NCBI GenBank assembly: GCA_963664815.2
Contig: CAXXHB010000003.1
Span: forward strand, 1,824,001-1,888,000
Source of the DNA: Spirochaetota bacterium
GTDB lineage: Bacteria; Spirochaetota; UBA4802; UBA5550
DNA length: 64,000 nt
Reading direction: 5' to 3'
The notes beneath the pieces are model-generated. The model did no database searches. It saw only the letters and a list, made by a program, of their open reading frames with translations, and was not told the origin of the DNA. Both the position numbers and the translations under genes were made by a program. Below are positions 1-8,240 of this stretch, one piece after another. Position 1 is the first letter of the stretch, and every line of letters begins with the position of its first letter.

Positions 1-16
1 CTCCTGGTATTATTTT

Positions 17-430
17 TTAATCTTCAGGTAAAGATGATCCTGAATATTTCGGCACAAGAATTTTCCATTCTCGTTTTGGTGCATCGGCTCCAAATGTAAG
101 CCCTGGTTTTTCAACAATCCTTGCATTTATTCCTCCACCTATGTACTTTCCTGCGGATGTATTTTTAACCATTACAGTAAAACTTGATGGAAGTAATCTG
201 AGTGCATCAAAAGCTTTATTGCTCGGAGATTCCTCTTTCAGCGTAATCGTTATTGTATATCTATCATCATTTACTTTTGAAAAACTCACATCACCATCAA
301 TTCCGACAACGGTTTTATATTCTTCCTTTGTCATTGGATCAATTTTGATTTTGTCTCCTTCAGAAAAACCGGTAACAGTAAACCCATTAACAATAAGCTG
401 AACTTTTTTAGGATCGTATAAATCACTCAT
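17..430 (-). CDS. Phage tail tube protein (DUF3277-like)
   Basis: 137 aa, YDPKKV...GF..G...VGIDG...ITITLKEESPSN...REWKI pattern; directly after the sheath gene. Confidence 0.8.
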   Translation of the reverse strand: MSDLYDPKKVQLIVNGFTVTGFSEGDKIKIDPMTKEEYKTVVGIDGDVSFSKVNDDRYTITITLKEESPSNKAFDALRLLPSSFTVMVKNTSAGKYIGGGINARIVEKPGLTFGADAPKREWKILVPKYSGSSLPED

Positions 431-431
431 G

Positions 432-1469
432 TTATACCTCTATTGTTCCATTAACTGTCATATTATGAACGGCCCCGGCAACCGTTAATGAAAATTTAAT
501 ACCGGGAATATTCCTTGCAGCCCTGTCTGTAGCAGAAATGTCAGACCTTTCAGGAATTGTAATCTTGTACATATATACACCTTCATCTGACAGCTCGGCA
601 TCATCCTCCGTAACAACTTTTGCAATTATACCGTTCTCGCCACAGTCTTTAAAAACCTCCCGCATGGTCGATTCAATCATTGCAAAGCCGGTGTTATCAA
701 ATGGAATTTTATCATTCTTAATCTGAAGGTTGAAAAGAGCCTCTCCAAGACGGGCTTTAACATAGTCCCTTGACATCATGTTATCTATGTATTCACCGCC
801 GGTAGTAATCCCCTCATTTGAATAAACAACTCCTGATCTCTTGGAAAAAGTCTGTCCGTGACCGGTTCGGATCTGATTCAGTTCTGTAGTTGTAAAGCTC
901 GAAGCGGATACTCCTGTGGGACATTTCCACTTCCATGTAATTGAACCAATGTCTTTAGGCAGGCACATCCCGACCCAGGCCGCCTCCGGATAGTCTGCAG
1001 CCTTATCATGTATAAGGTACGCTTCCCTGTTGTTGTTTCTACCTGTCAGAGCTGTTATTGCCGAACTGCAACCTATAAATATTTTTTCATTTGATAGCGC
1101 CCATGTTCCCGCAAGTGCGAGGCTGGTCGCATCTCTTTCAGTTATTAGCAGGGCATACCAGTCATTATGATTTACAATCAGTGCAGCAAGGGCTGTATCA
1201 ATAGCAACTTCACTGTCACGGCAATATACCGCTATTGTTTCAGGGCATGGTGACTGAGCAAACATCATCGCTGCCATTTTATATTCTGAATCCGTTGTCA
1301 GAAATCCTGCTTCTGTCATTTCAGACAACTCTGCATATTCTGCATATACTCCCTGCAGCACATTTCCATCAACTTTTGATCCAAGAATAAGCGGCAGGGC
1401 AAATCCCTGGACGCTCAATGCTTTTGTAAGCATGCTTATATTTATTACTATGTCATTTAAGTCTGCCAC
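432..1469 (-). CDS. Phage tail sheath protein (DUF3383-like)
   Basis: 345 aa, GSITWKWK, GEYID, KIPFDNTG and C-terminal AGAVH motifs. Confidence 0.85.
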   Translation of the reverse strand: MADLNDIVINISMLTKALSVQGFALPLILGSKVDGNVLQGVYAEYAELSEMTEAGFLTTDSEYKMAAMMFAQSPCPETIAVYCRDSEVAIDTALAALIVNHNDWYALLITERDATSLALAGTWALSNEKIFIGCSSAITALTGRNNNREAYLIHDKAADYPEAAWVGMCLPKDIGSITWKWKCPTGVSASSFTTTELNQIRTGHGQTFSKRSGVVYSNEGITTGGEYIDNMMSRDYVKARLGEALFNLQIKNDKIPFDNTGFAMIESTMREVFKDCGENGIIAKVVTEDDAELSDEGVYMYKITIPERSDISATDRAARNIPGIKFSLTVAGAVHNMTVNGTIEV

Positions 1470-1470
1470 T

Positions 1471-1995
1471 TCAACCCTCCACTTTATACGTTATTTCATC
1501 TATGGTTGCTGATAAATCCACCGTATCCATAGTCTCAGTTTTAACTGATTTATCTTTAACGTTAAAATCGAAACCAATCCTGTGTTCATACGCGGTTTCA
1601 AAAAAAACGGTTCTGTCCTGTACCGGACTTTTTACTGATATACCCAGACCAGTTTCATCAGCGGCTTCTGATCCGGAAAGGGAATCCATCCAATCATGCG
1701 CTTCCTCAGCAAATGCCCAGAGATTTGAATAATCTTTCTCCCCGCCGATAAAACTTAACGAAATAACAAGGTCTGATTCTCTGGTTGATGTTTTCAGTAT
1801 CTTTGAATCATCGCCGGCAACCGGTTCGTATTCAGCGATAACGCATTGTGCCGGTTCACCTTCACTTGACAGTATTTTATAGGACATGAATGGATAACCA
1901 GGCCTCTCTCCAGACTGCTCATTCCGCACAAAATTTATATTCAGATGTGCAGAAAGGACTTTAAGATACGCCTGTATCTTCTTAAGCCTGGTCAT
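1471..1995 (-). CDS. Phage neck/tail terminator protein
   Basis: 174 aa, Q.GERP.YPFMSY motif; position immediately before the sheath. Confidence 0.65.
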   Translation of the reverse strand: MTRLKKIQAYLKVLSAHLNINFVRNEQSGERPGYPFMSYKILSSEGEPAQCVIAEYEPVAGDDSKILKTSTRESDLVISLSFIGGEKDYSNLWAFAEEAHDWMDSLSGSEAADETGLGISVKSPVQDRTVFFETAYEHRIGFDFNVKDKSVKTETMDTVDLSATIDEITYKVEG

Positions 1996-2323
1996 AAATT
2001 CTTTTACCCATGTAATAGTTAAATCCGCCTTCCGAACGGATGCCTATATCTCCAATCCGGTACTTTATCTCTTCATACTCGATTAAATCCCCGCTTTTAT
2101 ATAAAACCGGTCCCGATTTATAAAACTTCATGTCGCCGGCTTTATACTTCCCTTCAGGGAGGTGTTTTTCCTGTGATAGTGTAACAGGGCGGGGAACCAT
2201 AGTCGTATCAACCGGATCATTAAATGATTCAACTGCTCTTTCCCCATCCACGTACTCACCATCAGCAGGTTTAACGAGTACATGGATTTTTACCGCCCTG
2301 TATTCTCCGGCGAAGGCTCTCAT
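1982..2323 (-). CDS. Phage head-closure/stopper protein
   Basis: 113 aa, GEYVDG...LPEG...GDLIEY...YRI pattern; synteny. Confidence 0.6.
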   Translation of the reverse strand: MRAFAGEYRAVKIHVLVKPADGEYVDGERAVESFNDPVDTTMVPRPVTLSQEKHLPEGKYKAGDMKFYKSGPVLYKSGDLIEYEEIKYRIGDIGIRSEGGFNYYMGKRIYDQA

Positions 2324-2928
2324 CCCTCAACCTCATAACCTATGGATTTAAGCAAATCACCAGAATCAATAAGGGTCTTATCCTCGTTTTTAATACGTCT
2401 TGTAAGAAGAGAGTTCGATGGAGCAATATTTGATGAGATGTTGATCTTTATGCTTGAAACTATGGATTGCCCGATGGCGTTACAGAGATCCTCAGCTCTC
2501 CCTCCGCCTCCAAGAATTCTTTCAAGGGCAGCTCTTGCCATGTTATATGCCTTTTCCTGTGTTTCACTTTTATCCAGTGCAGTCCTGATAAATGCTCTTT
2601 CCGGAATAACAACTTTTTGAACGAGTAAAAAACAGGTCACATTTCCCATAACAAGCCTTGCAGTTTTCCAGTCTTTACCAGGTACAAAATCAAACATCCC
2701 TTCAGGAAAATCTTTAGGACTTTTACCTTTAAATTCGGGCTGAAGCGGAATAGCCAGGTATTTACCTGATTTTGGTTTTATCTCTGCTCCGAATTCATTT
2801 GCTGCCGCATATTTTGCCAACAGAGAGCCTTCATCAGCAACAACACCGACTATTATTTTCTTGTTTTCGAGTTTTCCGAGCTCTGTTTCAAGGCTGGAAA
2901 CCTCCACATACTTTACTTTCCCAGCCAT
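2320..2928 (-). CDS. Phage neck/virion morphogenesis protein
   Basis: AAANEFG, IPERAFIR and K.LIDSGDLLKSI motifs; GGAGG RBS before the ATG at 2928; ORF can extend to an ATG at 2988. Confidence 0.7.
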   Translation of the reverse strand: MAGKVKYVEVSSLETELGKLENKKIIVGVVADEGSLLAKYAAANEFGAEIKPKSGKYLAIPLQPEFKGKSPKDFPEGMFDFVPGKDWKTARLVMGNVTCFLLVQKVVIPERAFIRTALDKSETQEKAYNMARAALERILGGGGRAEDLCNAIGQSIVSSIKINISSNIAPSNSLLTRRIKNEDKTLIDSGDLLKSIGYEVEG

Positions 2929-2984
2929 GAATACCTCCAGGCACAGACATACAATAAGCAGTAATGATATAATTGATAATTTCT

Positions 2985-3311
2985 TCATACGATGAATCCT
3001 CTTCTTCCTGTGATAGTCCGGAGTTCCCGGATATATAAATTAAGCCAGCCTCCACCCGTGCTGTCTGAGTAAGTTTCACTAACATCTGCAATACTCTTTG
3101 ACGTTACCGAGCCTTTTATTTCTCCCGTGCTCTCCAGTATACTTGCTGCACAATATTCCTGGAGATCGGCAAATGCTTCATGAGAATCACTTACTCCATC
3201 AGCTTTAACCTTTCGAGCTGATGATACAAGAACCTTCTGAAGCCGGGTATCCGATAACTCGGGTACCCCGCCCAGAAGTTCACGAAGAGAGGCTGTCGTT
3301 GAAACCGGCAT
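2985..3311 (-). CDS. Head-tail adaptor (DUF4054-like)
   Basis: 108 aa after the capsid gene; VTSKSIADVSETY...T..G..Y pattern. Confidence 0.65.
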   Translation of the reverse strand: MPVSTTASLRELLGGVPELSDTRLQKVLVSSARKVKADGVSDSHEAFADLQEYCAASILESTGEIKGSVTSKSIADVSETYSDSTGGGWLNLYIRELRTITGRRGFIV

Positions 3312-3312
3312 T

Positions 3313-4263
3313 TTAAACTCCTTTACCTACATAGATGCCCTTGGGATGTCTGATAATACAACCGGCTGTACGCTCTTCAACTACCTGTTCCGATGTTTCA
3401 AGAATGTCATAAACCGGGTTGCCAAGCGCCATGTCCTGGATAACCGCAAGTTCGATGATTTCCGGATTATTATCAAGAATGGCGAAAGCATTTACTGATC
3501 CGCTGAGACCGTTGTAGGTGCTGGACATCTGGCCTGTTACAATAATTTTTTCAAAGAACGCCCCCTCTGTCTGGAGCCATTTCAGTACTGTCATCGGGCT
3601 GTTGTCAGAATAGGGCTGAAGGAGTAGATTATAATGATCAGAATCAAGGATCAGAACTCTGGCTTTGAAAATGTTTCCTTTTTCAACTGCAGATTTACCA
3701 GCAAGCAGGTCTTTAAGGATTTCCTTCGGAGTTTTGTTTAGCCATAGACGTTTGGCTGCTGTGTCTGTTCCAGAAGCTCCTGCTAATACTGATTCAGATG
3801 TAATCCCTGAATGATTAAGAATGCCAATAATTTTATGATTACTGTCACCTGTGAATACCAGCCTGTTTTCGGTTTCTGCAATAAACCTTCGGGCTGTTGA
3901 CACTCGTACTGTATCAAGACTCATAGAAGGCCCTTTACCAAGAGCTGCTTTTGCCTGTACAGCCTGCCTTTCAGCCTTTGTATATCTGATACCTGTGGTT
4001 ATAGAATAGACCTGCATGGTCTCTCTGCCCCCTTTTTCACCAACAAAAGGCACATCCTTTGCGGAAGCTCCTGCTGCGAGAATTTTTGCAGATCCTGCCA
4101 TGTCGTACCAGTCGTAACCGATCTCCTGGGCATAAATGGGGAAGCTGTTATTTACTTTGAGAAACTGTCTCGCGACAAGTTCCTCTTTCTTTACTTCATA
4201 GAGGACATTTTCAATAGCGAGTAAGTCCTCTTTTCTTATAAGTGCATCCTGTCTTATTGACAT
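3313..4263 (-). CDS. Major capsid protein (DUF2184/linocin-M18-like HK97 fold)
   Basis: 316 aa; GSAKI, ENRLVFTGD...GILNH and C-terminal RTAGCIIRHP...GV motifs. Confidence 0.85.
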   Translation of the reverse strand: MSIRQDALIRKEDLLAIENVLYEVKKEELVARQFLKVNNSFPIYAQEIGYDWYDMAGSAKILAAGASAKDVPFVGEKGGRETMQVYSITTGIRYTKAERQAVQAKAALGKGPSMSLDTVRVSTARRFIAETENRLVFTGDSNHKIIGILNHSGITSESVLAGASGTDTAAKRLWLNKTPKEILKDLLAGKSAVEKGNIFKARVLILDSDHYNLLLQPYSDNSPMTVLKWLQTEGAFFEKIIVTGQMSSTYNGLSGSVNAFAILDNNPEIIELAVIQDMALGNPVYDILETSEQVVEERTAGCIIRHPKGIYVGKGV

Positions 4264-4287
4264 AATTTACCCTCTTATTCCTTATTA

Positions 4288-4782
4288 TTAAACATCTGCT
4301 GTGAGCTTAAACGGCCCGCTTACCCATAAGGCAACATAACCGGCACCAGTTATTGTCCCACGGTATTCTGCATTCGAAATAACTGCCGTTTTTCCGGCTT
4401 CTGCTGTTGTACAAAATGCACCAGCTGCCTTTCCGGTAACTGCGGTATGCCTTACACGTACCGGATCACCCGGATCAACAGCTTCCTCAGCATAAACTAC
4501 AACAATCCCTTTTCTTATTACCCCCACAGGGTCGCCAATGCTGTAAAGCTCATCGTCAAACTGGGAAGCCTCAAAAGACTTTGCAGCCACACCAAGAAAT
4601 TCATCAGTAGCAGCTGATATTGTCTTAACACCTGCATCTTCTGATCCACGCACAACCGCTGAACCGAATAGAATCTCACCTTCAGCCGCAAAACTCTGAA
4701 CATATTCATCAGGAAGATGCTCAGCGATTTCTCCGCCATCCCTGACTTCGTTATTATATAATCCGCCTTCCGGAATACTCAT
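4288..4782 (-). CDS. Capsid decoration/cement protein
   Basis: AEGEILFG.AV...GDPVGVIRKG.V.V.AEEAV..GDPV.VR pattern; GGAGG RBS supports the ATG at 4782; lies between DUF2213 and the capsid gene. Confidence 0.7.
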   Translation of the reverse strand: MSIPEGGLYNNEVRDGGEIAEHLPDEYVQSFAAEGEILFGSAVVRGSEDAGVKTISAATDEFLGVAAKSFEASQFDDELYSIGDPVGVIRKGIVVVYAEEAVDPGDPVRVRHTAVTGKAAGAFCTTAEAGKTAVISNAEYRGTITGAGYVALWVSGPFKLTADV

Positions 4783-4783
4783 G

Positions 4784-5980
4784 TTACACCTCCAACATGT
4801 TGAGCCGTGCGCTCTTTTTCTTTTCAATAACCGCTTCATCAATACGATTATCTGATACCGTATCCCCGGTGATATTTGCTTTTTCTCTGGCGAATGTTAA
4901 AGCTGCATCAAACCTTGCATCTATAAAGAGATCATCGAGTGTATCAACTTTAACCTCTTTATCATACGGTAAAGTCTTCTCAATAACAGCTAACTTTATA
5001 GCCCTGTCGGTAAGACCATCATACTTGACATCAGGAATGACTGATTTTGCTGTATCAATTAGTGTAAGCCTGTTTTTAACGGCTTCATCAATTCTCAGTG
5101 CTTCATCAGATCGCTTTTTATCGGCATCCTGTTTCTTTGTTACTGCTTCGAGCGCATCGATTTTAGCCTGCTGTACCATTACCTTTTTTCTGAGATCTAA
5201 AAGTTCCTTTGCTGAATCCGTTTTAGAATCTACAACGGTTCCTGTATCGCCACCATTACCGTCAGCCGGTTTATCTCCGGACGATCCCTCACCATCTGCC
5301 GGCTCTTCATTAGATATCCCCAGGAGTGCCAGGAATTTCTTGATTGCTTCAAGTAATTTAGATTCCATTTTTGAATCTCTCCTTGTTGTATTTTTAGTTT
5401 CTGTCTGAACTGCATATTTAACATCCGCCGAATCGAGATATGCCCTTACGCTCTCACCGGCACGGCCCTTATCTACATGAGCAACATGATTTATAAGAAT
5501 GTTCGTCTGTCTGGCGTCATAGCGCTGACCTTCAAATTCTCCCGGGGTATAATCGATGTCAGTTTTAAATCCTATACTCACTTCTACCTTTCTGTTTTCT
5601 TCTAAATCAGCAATGAGAGCGGCATCAAAGACAGTTTCAGTAAAATCAATCCTGTTATCTTTAATTATTGCGGTGTCTCCGAGGGAACCTTTGACATATT
5701 TTTGCCAATTCGTTGTTGATACCATCCCTCTATTATCTTCAATAGGCGGATGTCCGTCAGTTACAGGGGCACCTTTTGCCGAGTTTATTGTAATATCAGA
5801 AAAAAGGTCACCCGGAAGCTTGGCCTCCATGCGAATATCACCGGATGGAGTAAAATATGGGAAAACCCCGGGCCGTGCGATAGAGACTCTCGCACGGAGA
5901 AAACCATCTCCGCGCATAAGGGTCTCTATCTGACCACGATCAAATCTAAACTCGCTATCGAATTTTTTTTCAGGTTTCAT
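4784..5980 (-). CDS. DUF2213 prohead protease/scaffold protein
   Basis: IARPGVFPY, PVTDGHP, EVSIG and INHVAHVDKGRAG motifs plus a coiled-coil C-terminus; start re-assigned to the ATG at 5980. Confidence 0.85.
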   Translation of the reverse strand: MKPEKKFDSEFRFDRGQIETLMRGDGFLRARVSIARPGVFPYFTPSGDIRMEAKLPGDLFSDITINSAKGAPVTDGHPPIEDNRGMVSTTNWQKYVKGSLGDTAIIKDNRIDFTETVFDAALIADLEENRKVEVSIGFKTDIDYTPGEFEGQRYDARQTNILINHVAHVDKGRAGESVRAYLDSADVKYAVQTETKNTTRRDSKMESKLLEAIKKFLALLGISNEEPADGEGSSGDKPADGNGGDTGTVVDSKTDSAKELLDLRKKVMVQQAKIDALEAVTKKQDADKKRSDEALRIDEAVKNRLTLIDTAKSVIPDVKYDGLTDRAIKLAVIEKTLPYDKEVKVDTLDDLFIDARFDAALTFAREKANITGDTVSDNRIDEAVIEKKKSARLNMLEV

Positions 5981-5987
5981 TGAAGGA

Positions 5988-6050
5988 AAGTTATGATAAA
6001 ATAAAAAAAGCAGCAAGAGGCATGTGACAGAAAGAGAATGCAACTGGTGT
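5988..6050 (-). promoter_or_regulatory. Putative late promoter and activator box (head operon)
   Basis: TTGCTG-17-TAACTT, 7 nt before the ATG; CTGTCACATGCCTCTTGC matches the box at 12073-12090 in 16/18 positions. Confidence 0.55.
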
Positions 6051-6080
6051 ATATGATAGAAACTGGTTCTATTTATAATA

Positions 6081-6107
6081 AAAAAAGCGGAGATTTATTC
6101 CGCTTTT
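6081..6107 (-). terminator. Intrinsic terminator after the HNH gene
   Basis: AAAAGCGGA-ATAAATC-TCCGCTTTTTT on the minus strand. Confidence 0.7.
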
Positions 6108-6141
6108 CATTACTGATTTTCCATTATTCAATGCGATTTTC

Positions 6142-6588
6142 TTATTTCTTTTCATCATTACCTTTTCGCCGATTTGTCAGCCTCGAAACAATCCTCAAAT
6201 TTCTCTTATGGTTACTGCCGCCGGTGGACAGTGGTTTCTTATGGTCGACTTCTCTTGGATCTCCGACCTTAAGCCCCATGATTTTTCTTGCTTTATTCCG
6301 GGCAGCCCGGTTTTTTTTCTGCTCAGGCTTGGCATGATAATTCTGATATTCTTTTTTGTAATCACGATCAAATGCGTCTTGTATTAAACTATCTTCAGCA
6401 TTATTTTTCGACATTCTGGAATTGCTTATATCATTATGAATAAGAAGAACAGTTCTCCTGGCACTTTCAATGTCAGAGGAATAACCATTATCAACCAACA
6501 TCTTAGCTGCGATCTCATCAGTAACACTCTCATGAAGGAGAGCTCCAAGGACGTCCAGAAATATGCGTGTTTTTGAGTTCACTTCCAT
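6142..6588 (-). CDS. HNH endonuclease with an unrelated ~65-aa N-terminal part
   Basis: EVDHKKPLSTGGSNHKRNLRIVSRLTNRRKG HNH motif. Confidence 0.8.
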   Translation of the reverse strand: MEVNSKTRIFLDVLGALLHESVTDEIAAKMLVDNGYSSDIESARRTVLLIHNDISNSRMSKNNAEDSLIQDAFDRDYKKEYQNYHAKPEQKKNRAARNKARKIMGLKVGDPREVDHKKPLSTGGSNHKRNLRIVSRLTNRRKGNDEKK

Positions 6589-8108
6589 TTCAACTCCTTA
6601 AACATCTTCTCTATACAATTATAGACGTTTTTAAAATCACTGTCAATCCAATAATACTTTTCGTAATCAATTCTTTTTGAAGAAAACTGTGCTGTTATAT
6701 CTGCATCAATTCCTGATTCAGCAACATACTGTTCCATCGATCTGGCAAAAAGTTCAGTCGGAGTCAACATATATTCAAGGTGGGCTCTTGTCGCACTGTC
6801 TTTTGTAAAGTTTTTAAGTGATTTCAGTTCTTTACATAAATCAGTCTTTTCGATATTTTTAATTATATCCGTGTATAGTTTCCCTGCTGACTCTGGAAGC
6901 ACCTTCATATCTACCCAGTGGAAAAACTCATGGATAAATGTAGATTTCTCATAATTGATTCCAGGTTTAATAGCTAAATGACCACTTTTAAAATGATATG
7001 CCTGGGTATTTATAAAATATGGATCTGATGTATTCATTTGAACCACTGTTAACGGTCTGACCTTAGCTGTGTCGATTGTCATCAACCTGCCTATTGAAGA
7101 AAGAGCCTCATTGACATTTTTTTTAAGCGCGGGGTTATCAATGTTGATTATTGTTCTTCCTGTCAGGTAATTATTACTTCCCGAATTGAAATTTGCAGTT
7201 TCATTACCTGGCCTGATTGTTTCAAAGTAGTTATCATCAACCGAACCTGTATATGCTTTCTCAGAAGCTTCTGGACCCAGTGCAGGTTCCGCCCAGCATC
7301 TGCAATTATAGTCCTCTCCCGGATGAAGTGCTTTTACAGTATTACCTGATTGAACCATTGGTGGATTATTCCAGTTATGATAGGTTCCCTCAAGCGCGAG
7401 ATGGCTGTCTCTTGTTCGACGTCCTCCTACACATCTCCATATATATCCTGGAATTCCGGCTTCTTTCTGTCTTAACCTCGTTGTTTCACCAAAGAACTTA
7501 GAGGCTTGGTCTCTTGCCCAGAACCTGGCTTTAGATTCATTTACTCCTGTAAATCTTCTGAGTTTGTTGCCGATTTCAAAATTACCTTCGCCATTAAGAA
7601 TGCCGTTTTTAACGATGTCATTCATCTCTGTAAAGTGTTCTTTGTATGCATCATTTATCAAACCAACATTCTGTTTAACAACATCATCGATGAGACCTTC
7701 ATTCAGATTTTTCCTGAGATTAATGGATGCCATCCAGAGTTCTCCAGGCATATTCTTCGGGGTAACTCTCCCGGTAACTGAAGGTTGTTGTGGAGTATTC
7801 AGCCTGGTATAAAGTTTTGTTATCGCATCGTTGGTTTTATCCCTGCTCCAGGCATCAATAAGAGCGAAGTTTTTCCTGATCTTTCCTTCAATTTCGGAGG
7901 AGTTTATCTTATCACCATACTCTGCCCTTAAATCTGCCATGAAAACCATCATCTGGGTTATTGAATCAGCTCTTACGGTGTTATCACTGTCAGATTTTAT
8001 TTCATGTTTAAGTTTTTTAATGATTTCATTGGTGTATGGTATAGCAAGCTGCCTGAACTCCTGCAGAAAGTATTTCTGATACTGTTTTTCCAGCGCAACA
8101 GGATACAT
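6579..8108 (-). CDS. MuF (SPP1 gp7-like) head protein with C-terminal HEXXH metallopeptidase/LPD1-like extension
   Basis: ARDQ, YIW...RTRDSH and HPGEDYNCRC MuF motifs; C-terminal FIHEFFHWVD and ELFARSMEQY. Confidence 0.85.
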   Translation of the reverse strand: MYPVALEKQYQKYFLQEFRQLAIPYTNEIIKKLKHEIKSDSDNTVRADSITQMMVFMADLRAEYGDKINSSEIEGKIRKNFALIDAWSRDKTNDAITKLYTRLNTPQQPSVTGRVTPKNMPGELWMASINLRKNLNEGLIDDVVKQNVGLINDAYKEHFTEMNDIVKNGILNGEGNFEIGNKLRRFTGVNESKARFWARDQASKFFGETTRLRQKEAGIPGYIWRCVGGRRTRDSHLALEGTYHNWNNPPMVQSGNTVKALHPGEDYNCRCWAEPALGPEASEKAYTGSVDDNYFETIRPGNETANFNSGSNNYLTGRTIINIDNPALKKNVNEALSSIGRLMTIDTAKVRPLTVVQMNTSDPYFINTQAYHFKSGHLAIKPGINYEKSTFIHEFFHWVDMKVLPESAGKLYTDIIKNIEKTDLCKELKSLKNFTKDSATRAHLEYMLTPTELFARSMEQYVAESGIDADITAQFSSKRIDYEKYYWIDSDFKNVYNCIEKMFKELKWK

Positions 8109-8240
8109 TTACAGGTTCCGTAACTGTTTTATGTCGCATTGGCTGTGAATGTTTTTATATACCCTGTTATTAACGTTAAAAGGGCTTCCAAATACTTCCA
8201 AACCTGAAAACAGGGCATATATATGATGCGACATAATCAT
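8109..8240 (-). CDS. Small 43-aa ORF between portal and MuF (not in ORF track)
   Basis: ATG overlaps the portal TGA (ATGA); its TAA abuts the MuF ATG; MIMSHHIYALFSG...QLRNL. Confidence 0.4.
   Translation of the reverse strand: MIMSHHIYALFSGLEVFGSPFNVNNRVYKNIHSQCDIKQLRNL

Noticed and set aside
3313-4263. Encapsulin nanocompartment (linocin-like protein)
   Set aside because: It sits in a complete terminase-portal-protease-neck-tail operon, so it is a phage capsid.
4797-5408. Long antisense ORFs (this one, 17746-18330, 50188-50757, 55645-56154 and similar)
   Set aside because: They are shadows of well-supported genes on the opposite strand, with no RBS or recognisable motifs.
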